Shown here: positions 35,466-42,013 of the stretch, piece by piece
How the letters are laid out: every line of letters starts with the position of its first letter
Position numbering within the stretch: position 1 is the stretch's first letter
Assembly: GCA_964471275.1 (NCBI GenBank)
Contig: CAYYGZ010000001.1
Coordinates: 17,118 to 59,130, forward strand
Reading direction: 5' to 3'
Origin: an uncultured bacterium
GTDB taxonomy: Bacteria; Latescibacterota; UBA2968
Length of the DNA stretch: 42,013 nucleotides
Position numbers and translations under genes: made by a program
Notes under the pieces: generated by a model
Told to the model about the DNA's origin: nothing
The model's database searches: none
What the model saw: only the letters and a program-made list of their open reading frames with translations

Positions 35466-36434
35466 GTGTCCGAACCAACGGACGGATGCGTTTCGGTAGC
35501 GATTGCCAACTGGAATGGTGGCGGTCACATCACTCGGTGTCTCCGGTCACTCTACAGTCAAAGCCGCCTTCCCGATGAGGTCGTCGTTGTGGACAACGGA
35601 TCCACGGACGGCTCTCCCTCTCTGATACGTCGGTCATTCCCGCAAGTTCGACTTCTCACGCGTCCTCGCAACGAAGGTTTCTGCGCAGGCTACAACCGCG
35701 CGATCAACGCCACGCGTCACTCCTTTGTTCTGATTCTCAACAGCGATGTGTTCCTGGAAGCCAACTACTTGGAACGAGCCCAGCTGGCCGCCCAGGAGGA
35801 TTCACGGATCGGATGGGTGACGGGGCCTGTGACGCGGACAGATTCGGAAGGTTTCGATTTCCAGGGCCGGTATCTTCTCAAGAGGCTGGCCCTCGTCAAC
35901 AGCACCGATCCGAGCGACAGAGAGGAAGTCTTTGCGGGGAGCGGGGCAGCGATCTTCTGCAGGAGAGCCATGTTGGCCGATGTGGCCTGTGAAGGTGAGA
36001 TCTATGACGAATCATTCTTCGCCTACATGGAGGATCTCGATCTCGCGTGGCGAATGCAGCTGCAGGGCTGGCGGTGTGTGTATCGAAGTCAGCTCGTGTG
36101 CCGTCACATTGGGAGTGCCTCTCAGGGGCGGCGTGTCCGTGTCGTTGACAAGTCAGAACTGTTTTTGAGGCACATCGTCAAGAACCGGTATCTGTCCCTG
36201 GCGAAGAATGCGACGCCCGGGCTTCTGATTCGGTTTCTGCCCGCCTTCCTGCTTGGCGAGTTGATACTCTGGGCGCTGATCGCTCTTCGCGCCCCGAGAA
36301 AACTGAGTGCTATCCCACGGGCTCTGTCAGAAGTTGGCGCCGCGATGACCTCAACACTTGGAAAGCGAAGGCATATCATGCGCCGCCGCGTCGAGACTGA
36401 CAGCCGGATACTTTCGCTTACCCGGGGAGTGTAG
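35466..36434 (+). CDS. Glycosyltransferase family 2 (WbbL/rhamnosyltransferase-like)
   Basis: ANWNG, VVDNGSTDGS, NEGFCAGYN, LNSDV, FFAYMEDLDLAWR. Confidence 0.9.
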   Translation: MSEPTDGCVSVAIANWNGGGHITRCLRSLYSQSRLPDEVVVVDNGSTDGSPSLIRRSFPQVRLLTRPRNEGFCAGYNRAINATRHSFVLILNSDVFLEANYLERAQLAAQEDSRIGWVTGPVTRTDSEGFDFQGRYLLKRLALVNSTDPSDREEVFAGSGAAIFCRRAMLADVACEGEIYDESFFAYMEDLDLAWRMQLQGWRCVYRSQLVCRHIGSASQGRRVRVVDKSELFLRHIVKNRYLSLAKNATPGLLIRFLPAFLLGELILWALIALRAPRKLSAIPRALSEVGAAMTSTLGKRRHIMRRRVETDSRILSLTRGV

Positions 36435-36439
36435 GCTGC

Positions 36440-37279
36440 ATGGTAGGCGTAATGGGTGGCACCCGCTTTATCGGCCGGTTCCTGATTGATGCCCTGGTGG
36501 ATTCGGGTGAGTCGGTGATGTGGCTGATCAGAGATCCGGCCAGGGCGTCGGGCCTTGTGTCGAAGGACGTGGAGCTGGTCCGCTTCGATCTCGAACAGAT
36601 CCTGGAGCATCTTTCCGAACTGGATTGTGTGATCAGTGCCGCCCCGATTCGGATGGCCGAACGTGTGCTCGAGGTCTGTCGTGTCGGTGGTATCCGGCGA
36701 GCTGTCTTTCTGAGCTCTGCCTGGCGATATTCCCTGTATGCCACAGAGCAGGTTGAAGCCGTGATACGTGGCGAAACGCTCGTCATGGATTCAGATCTCG
36801 TTTGGGCAATTCTCCGACCGGCAATGATCAACGGCCCGGGCGACCGGAATGTTTCAGTCATACGCGAGCAGATTCTCCAACGATCCGTCTTGCCAGTTAT
36901 CGGGTCGGGTGAGCCTCTCGGTCAACCCGTCCACGTCGAGGACGTAGCCTTTGTGATCTCCGCAACACTGCCTCGTGAGGGCACGCACAGGACGTGCTAC
37001 GATCTGGGTGGCCCCGAAGCGATGACCTGCTCCCAGATGATCGATGAGATCGCATCCTGCGTGGGGAAGCACCCCCTGAAATTGTATGTGCCGATGTTTG
37101 TCGCAGCTACGGTTGCCTGGGTGATGGAGAAATTTGTTCGGGATACCAAAGTGACCCGAGACCGTGTCAGACGGATGCGCGAAGATCGTCACCTTGATGT
37201 TCAGGAAGCCACCAACCAGCAGGCCTACTATCCACGTGATTTCACGGATGGCCTCAGAGATTCGGGGATACGGAGATGA
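36440..37279 (+). CDS. NAD(P)-binding atypical SDR / epimerase-like protein
   Basis: GGTRFIG, VFLSS, ILRPAMINGPGD, QPVHVEDVA, YDLGGPE. Confidence 0.75.
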   Translation: MVGVMGGTRFIGRFLIDALVDSGESVMWLIRDPARASGLVSKDVELVRFDLEQILEHLSELDCVISAAPIRMAERVLEVCRVGGIRRAVFLSSAWRYSLYATEQVEAVIRGETLVMDSDLVWAILRPAMINGPGDRNVSVIREQILQRSVLPVIGSGEPLGQPVHVEDVAFVISATLPREGTHRTCYDLGGPEAMTCSQMIDEIASCVGKHPLKLYVPMFVAATVAWVMEKFVRDTKVTRDRVRRMREDRHLDVQEATNQQAYYPRDFTDGLRDSGIRR

Positions 37280-38277
37280 CCGTGCTTCCTCCGCTTGTCG
37301 CGCTGGTTGTGGGGCTTGCTGTCACTCGAGGTCTGGTCTGGCTGGCACCGAAACTGAGTCTGGTCGATATACCGAATGAGCGGAGTCTTCACTCCCGGCC
37401 TCGACCTACGGTCGGAGGGCTGGGCGTGCTGGCCGGGGTCTTCGCGGCGGTCTCATTCAGTTCCCTCATGCTGGGGATTGCCCAACCACTTGCTTCGTTC
37501 CGGCTCTGTCTTGCTGGTGGCTGTCTGCTCATCCTGATAGGTGACGAGAAAGTAGCGATGAGCTGGGTGACAAAGCTGGGCATTCAGGTCGCTGCGACAA
37601 TCGTCCTGGTATGGGGCATGGTTCCTGTCGTTACGCTGCCTTTCGGTCTGGTCGAGGGACTTGCAGCGATCATCTTCGCTGCGCTTGTTCTTGTCTACAC
37701 GCAGAATATCTACAATTTCATGGATGGTCTCGATGGCTTGAGTGGGCTGACGGCGTGTGTGAGTGGGGGCATGCTCTATGCACTCTACCTTCCTGTCTAT
37801 TCCGAACTGAGTGTTCTCTGCTTGTCAATTGGGACCGCAGCCTTCGGATTTGTCGTTTGGAATCTACCACCTGCTCGAATCTTTATGGGAGATGTCGGGT
37901 CACATTTTCTCGGGCTTGCGTTCGCCTGGACGGCCCTGTCGGGAGAAGCCTACGGGGTTCCTTTCTACATCGGCATCCTGCCGCTTGGTGCATTCCTGTT
38001 CGACGCCACTTACACGATCATCAGAAGACTGGGGCGCGCGGAAAATGTGACGCGGGCGCATCGGTTTCATCTCTATCAGCGTCTGCACCGGTCCGGTTCA
38101 TCGGCCCTTGCTGTCGATGGCGTGTATGTTGTCTGGACCGTCCTGTTCGGCGCAACCGCCATATCTCTGAGCACGGGATCCCACGCTATGATCCTGGTTC
38201 CTATGGTTGTCATCCTTTCCGTTGCGATCACGGTTGTGACCGAGATCCGCTGGACCCGTAAGGGCGAGAGCACCTGA
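37276..38277 (+). CDS. Polyprenyl-phosphate N-acetylhexosamine-1-phosphate transferase (WecA/WbpL, MraY-like)
   Basis: D.PNERSLH..P.PT.GG, NIYNFMDGLDGL, WN.PPARIFMGDVGS, HRFHLYQRL; many TM segments. Confidence 0.87.
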   Translation: MTVLPPLVALVVGLAVTRGLVWLAPKLSLVDIPNERSLHSRPRPTVGGLGVLAGVFAAVSFSSLMLGIAQPLASFRLCLAGGCLLILIGDEKVAMSWVTKLGIQVAATIVLVWGMVPVVTLPFGLVEGLAAIIFAALVLVYTQNIYNFMDGLDGLSGLTACVSGGMLYALYLPVYSELSVLCLSIGTAAFGFVVWNLPPARIFMGDVGSHFLGLAFAWTALSGEAYGVPFYIGILPLGAFLFDATYTIIRRLGRAENVTRAHRFHLYQRLHRSGSSALAVDGVYVVWTVLFGATAISLSTGSHAMILVPMVVILSVAITVVTEIRWTRKGEST

Positions 38278-38282
38278 TACCT

Positions 38283-39536
38283 GTGAGTCTCCCATTCCCA
38301 TACGCGATCGCTCACCGACATCTCAAGGCGTTTCGCTCGAGTTCGCGCCTGACCGTTTCGGCGTCGGTGGGTATTGCCGGTATCGCGATCGGAGTTGCGG
38401 CGTTGATCGTTGCTATTTCAGTAATGAATGGGTATGCGACCGTGGTCAAGGAACGACTGCTCGGTGTGAACGCTCACGTCACCGTGCGGAAGGCCTATAG
38501 CGAGCCATTTGTCGAGTCCGGCACCCTGTCGGCCCACCTCTCCGCAGTTCCTGGTGTAGAGAGCGCATCCCGGTTCGCGCAAGCGGAAGGATTCCTGCTC
38601 CGGAAGGGCGGGGATGGTCGGCTGCGTCGATCTGGTTGTATCGCGCGAGGTGTGATGCCGCAAGGGGTCGAGGCGACAACGATACTCTCTGAGCGGATCA
38701 TTTCGGGAGAACTCGTGCTGGAAGAGCAGGAGGCCGGTGTCTACGGTGCCGTGATCGGCAAACATCTTGCCGACCAACTCGCGGTCAAGACAGGAGACGA
38801 GATCCACCTCAGCCTGCTGCCGCGTGAGCTCCTGATGGGAGGGCTGCCACCCCTCAGGAGATACGTCGTTTCGGGCATCTTCTCGACGGGCTATTACGAG
38901 TTCGACAAGAACCTGGTTCTGATTCCACTTCGGGCACTCCAGCGTGACCTGGGGTGGCGGGAGATGGTCACCGGTATCCGTCTCAAGCTGGATGATCCCT
39001 TTGCCGTCGACGAGGTTGGCGTAGCACTGACAGCTGTTCTCGATGAGAGCCACCCAGGGCTGTTTACGTCCTCGTGGATATATGAACACGGCAATCTGTA
39101 TGTTTGGATACGGATGCAGACGTGGTTCAGCGGAATCGCACTCAGCTTGATCGTGATTGTAGCCGCATTCAATGTGATCAGCCTGATGATGATGTCGGTA
39201 ATCGAGCGAAGAGCAGAGATAGGGATTTTGAAAGCGATGGGAACATCGGCGAAGCAGATTGGGCGGGTGTTCACGGTCGAGGGTTTGACGATTGGTCTTG
39301 CTGGCGTGCTGCTGGGCGATTCGATCGCCTTTGCGCTGTGCTGGCTCCAGGGCAGGTTTGAGCTGATACGTCTCCGAGGAGAGGTCTACCTGATCAACTC
39401 GTTGCCTGTGGAGATGTCTGCTATCGATTTTACAGCGGTATCGATCGGAGCGATCGCGCTCTGCTACCTCTTTACGCGGCTGCCGGCTCGTGATGCCGGT
39501 GCTCAGGATCCCGCGGAAGCGATCCGTGCGGTATGA
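38283..39536 (+). CDS. LolC/LolE-family ABC transporter permease
   Basis: [63 protein letters not shown]. Confidence 0.87.
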   Translation: MSLPFPYAIAHRHLKAFRSSSRLTVSASVGIAGIAIGVAALIVAISVMNGYATVVKERLLGVNAHVTVRKAYSEPFVESGTLSAHLSAVPGVESASRFAQAEGFLLRKGGDGRLRRSGCIARGVMPQGVEATTILSERIISGELVLEEQEAGVYGAVIGKHLADQLAVKTGDEIHLSLLPRELLMGGLPPLRRYVVSGIFSTGYYEFDKNLVLIPLRALQRDLGWREMVTGIRLKLDDPFAVDEVGVALTAVLDESHPGLFTSSWIYEHGNLYVWIRMQTWFSGIALSLIVIVAAFNVISLMMMSVIERRAEIGILKAMGTSAKQIGRVFTVEGLTIGLAGVLLGDSIAFALCWLQGRFELIRLRGEVYLINSLPVEMSAIDFTAVSIGAIALCYLFTRLPARDAGAQDPAEAIRAV

Positions 39537-40780
39537 ATGTGGAACTCTACATCGCGAAGCGCCACGTCCGTGCCATTCGCAGCAAACGACGGGTATCGGT
39601 TACATCCGGGATTGCCAGTCTGGGTATCGGTCTGGGCGTAGCCTCGCTGATCGTGGTCCTGTCCGTGATGAACGGTTTCTCGGGGTTGCTCTGGGAGCGT
39701 CTGCTCTCGCTTAACCCGCACATTACGATAGAGGCGAGGTCCGGTCTCGGTCTGAAGATGGGCGAGGTCGATCCTGATTCGATCACTCAGATCGACGGCG
39801 TCGTGGCTGTCGGCGGGTATGTGCAGATACAGGGCTACGTGTTCCGACGGGTCCCCGGAGGAGGGTCGAACCAGACCGGTGTGTCGGTTCTCGGGATCGA
39901 GCCGGAAGCACTTGCCTCAACAAGCGCAATCAGCGACTACATGTGGACACCGGGCGGTGTCGATCTTTCCGTCCAGGACACCACTAGCCGGTTTGCCCAA
40001 TACGGCGTTGTTCTCGGCACCTACCTGGCGGACAAACTCGGTGCGGTGCAGGGATCCACAATACGCGTCGGTTTTCCCCCATCGGAGATCAGCACAGGAA
40101 GAACGCCGCCGATGCGTCGGTATGTGGTGACCGGTATCTTCAACACGGGATACGCCGAATTCGATGCTGGTGTGGCTCTGGTTTCGTTGAGTGCCGCCCA
40201 GCGTGATCTCAGGATGGCCAACGTTGTTGACGGGTATCGAGTTCGCGTCGATGATCCCTTGCGGGCAGACGAAATCGCTGAAGAGTTGTCCTCACGTTTT
40301 CCTGGTCTTCGAATCATATCGTGGATGGAGCAGCACGCGAATCTTTATGCGTCGATTCAACTGGAGAAGTGGTCGTTCTATCTGGGTTTATGCCTGATTG
40401 TCGTGATCGCCGGTTTCAACATCGTGAGCATTCTCTCGATGACCGTTTCAGAAAGAAGACGGGATATCGGCATTCTGAAGGCGATGGGGCTCAGCGAGGG
40501 ACGTATCGCCAGGGTGTTCTCGATCACGGGAGTACGAATCGGGCTTTCCGGGATTGCTCTCGGTACAATAACGGGCGTGGGTGCCTGTCTAATCCAGATG
40601 ATCTTTGCGCCATTGAAGCTGCCTGGAAACGTGTTTATCGTGAACGCGTTACCGGTGGAGCTACGGTTCTGGGATCTGTTTGTGATAACGGGTGTCGCCG
40701 TCCTGTTTTGCTACATATTTGCTCTGATTCCTGCACGGGATGCCGCGAGGCTTCGTCCGGCGGATGCGATTCGCAGATGA
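39533..40780 (+). CDS. LolC/LolE-family ABC transporter permease (second copy)
   Basis: [76 protein letters not shown]. Confidence 0.88.
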   Translation: MNVELYIAKRHVRAIRSKRRVSVTSGIASLGIGLGVASLIVVLSVMNGFSGLLWERLLSLNPHITIEARSGLGLKMGEVDPDSITQIDGVVAVGGYVQIQGYVFRRVPGGGSNQTGVSVLGIEPEALASTSAISDYMWTPGGVDLSVQDTTSRFAQYGVVLGTYLADKLGAVQGSTIRVGFPPSEISTGRTPPMRRYVVTGIFNTGYAEFDAGVALVSLSAAQRDLRMANVVDGYRVRVDDPLRADEIAEELSSRFPGLRIISWMEQHANLYASIQLEKWSFYLGLCLIVVIAGFNIVSILSMTVSERRRDIGILKAMGLSEGRIARVFSITGVRIGLSGIALGTITGVGACLIQMIFAPLKLPGNVFIVNALPVELRFWDLFVITGVAVLFCYIFALIPARDAARLRPADAIRR

Positions 40781-40799
40781 CCTACAGAAGGAGATCGTC

Positions 40800-41909
40800 G
40801 TGAATGTGCCAGTTCGAGTCGGTGTGGTTGGGTGCGGTACGATTAGTGCCGCCTATTTCCGGGGACTCAAACCCTACGGTATCGTGGATGTTGTGGCCTG
40901 TGCCGATCTTGTGGTCGATCGCGCCAGAGAAAAGGCCGCCGAATTCGGAATAGCCAAAGCGTGTTCAGTCGACGAGCTGATGGCCGATCCCGACATCGAT
41001 CTGGTCATCAATCTGACGATTCCCAAGGCCCATTTCGAAGTCAACGCTGCTGCGATTGCGGCGGGCAAGAGCACACACTGCGAGAAGCCGCTCGCCGTTA
41101 CGCGCGAGGATGGTGTGAAGACGCTGGCGCTGGCACGCGAGAGAGGCGTCCGTGTTGGGTGCGCCCCGGACACCTTTCTCGGTGGTGGGATCCAAACCTG
41201 CCGGAAGCTGATCGACGATGGCTGGATCGGCGAGCCGGTTGCGGCTACCGCGTTTATGGTCGGCCACGGCCACGAGAGCTGGCATCCCGCTCCCGATTTC
41301 TATTATCACGCGGGTGGGGGACCGATGTTCGACATGGGCCCCTACTACATAACGGCGCTTGTGAATCTGCTGGGCCCCGTGAGCAGGGCCTCAGGCTCTA
41401 CGAAGACGACATATGCTGAACGGATCATTACACGCGAGGGTGATCGATTTGGCGAACGTATCCCTGTCGAAACGACTACACATCTCGCCGGCACGCTGGA
41501 TTTCGCGAGTGGGCCGATTGTCACGATTATCATGAGTTTCGATGTCTGGTCTCACAACCTGCCTCGTATCGAGATCTACGGGTCGGAAGGTTCTCTCAGC
41601 GTACCCGATCCCAACCGTTTTGGTGGTCCAGTCCTGGTTCGTCGAGCCGGCGATGACGAGTGGTCGGAAGTACCGCTCACGCACAGTGACAAGGTGTCAC
41701 GTGGGATCGGCGCAGCGGATCTGGCCTATGGGTTGGTCCACGGCCGAGCCCATCGTGTCAACGGTGATCTCGCCTGTCACGTACTCGACGTGATGGCCGC
41801 CTTTGACGACTCATCGACGACGGAGTCACACATTTCGCTCACAACAACGTGCGATCGTCCGGATCCGCTTCCGCTGGGTTTGCTCCCGGGCACACTGGAC
41901 GAAGCCTAA
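40800..41909 (+). CDS. Gfo/Idh/MocA family oxidoreductase
   Basis: GTG 40800 after RBS AAGGAG; [46 protein letters not shown]. Confidence 0.9.
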   Translation: MNVPVRVGVVGCGTISAAYFRGLKPYGIVDVVACADLVVDRAREKAAEFGIAKACSVDELMADPDIDLVINLTIPKAHFEVNAAAIAAGKSTHCEKPLAVTREDGVKTLALARERGVRVGCAPDTFLGGGIQTCRKLIDDGWIGEPVAATAFMVGHGHESWHPAPDFYYHAGGGPMFDMGPYYITALVNLLGPVSRASGSTKTTYAERIITREGDRFGERIPVETTTHLAGTLDFASGPIVTIIMSFDVWSHNLPRIEIYGSEGSLSVPDPNRFGGPVLVRRAGDDEWSEVPLTHSDKVSRGIGAADLAYGLVHGRAHRVNGDLACHVLDVMAAFDDSSTTESHISLTTTCDRPDPLPLGLLPGTLDEA

Positions 41910-42013
41910 GTGCGAGACACGACCATCCGAACCGGGCCAACGTATCTGCTGCGCTGTGCGTTGGCCTGTTTCTGTTTTTTCTCCAGCGTACAGGCCGTCG
42001 ATCGTCTGAACGT

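Overview
A GC-rich bacterial chromosomal segment of mostly housekeeping and catabolic genes. No rRNA, tRNA, CRISPR array or mobile element is evident. A duplicated EF-hand/dockerin-like tail on a giant secreted protein tentatively suggests a Latescibacterota-like or related lineage (inference). From left to right: the end of a corrinoid-activator (RACo/ASKHA) gene, a stand-alone homocysteine methyltransferase domain and a small 'virulence factor'-domain gene (split MetH-like module); nagA; recD2; a GAF/HD-GYP phosphodiesterase; a minus-strand run lepA-lepB-hemW-thrB-wza-wzz, then a 1576-aa NHL/FG-GAP/Ig/dockerin-like surface protein and tsaC; an orphan MenC/N-acylamino acid racemase; a 4-gene catabolic operon (MSOX-like flavoenzyme, TIM-barrel epimerase, enolase-family enzyme, Gfo/Idh/MocA); lon with a sigma-54-like promoter; M32 carboxypeptidase; nucleoside hydrolase; rsgA; mscS interrupted by an in-frame TAA; and an envelope operon (UvrB/C-motif protein, GT2, SDR, WecA-like, two LolC/E). 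The strongest hidden feature, missed by the ORF track, is a 78-aa Rdx (SelW/SelT/SelH) family selenoprotein at 29066-29302 (-). It has a CxxU motif encoded by an in-frame UGA followed by a SECIS-like hairpin, and is translationally coupled to an unknown upstream ORF.
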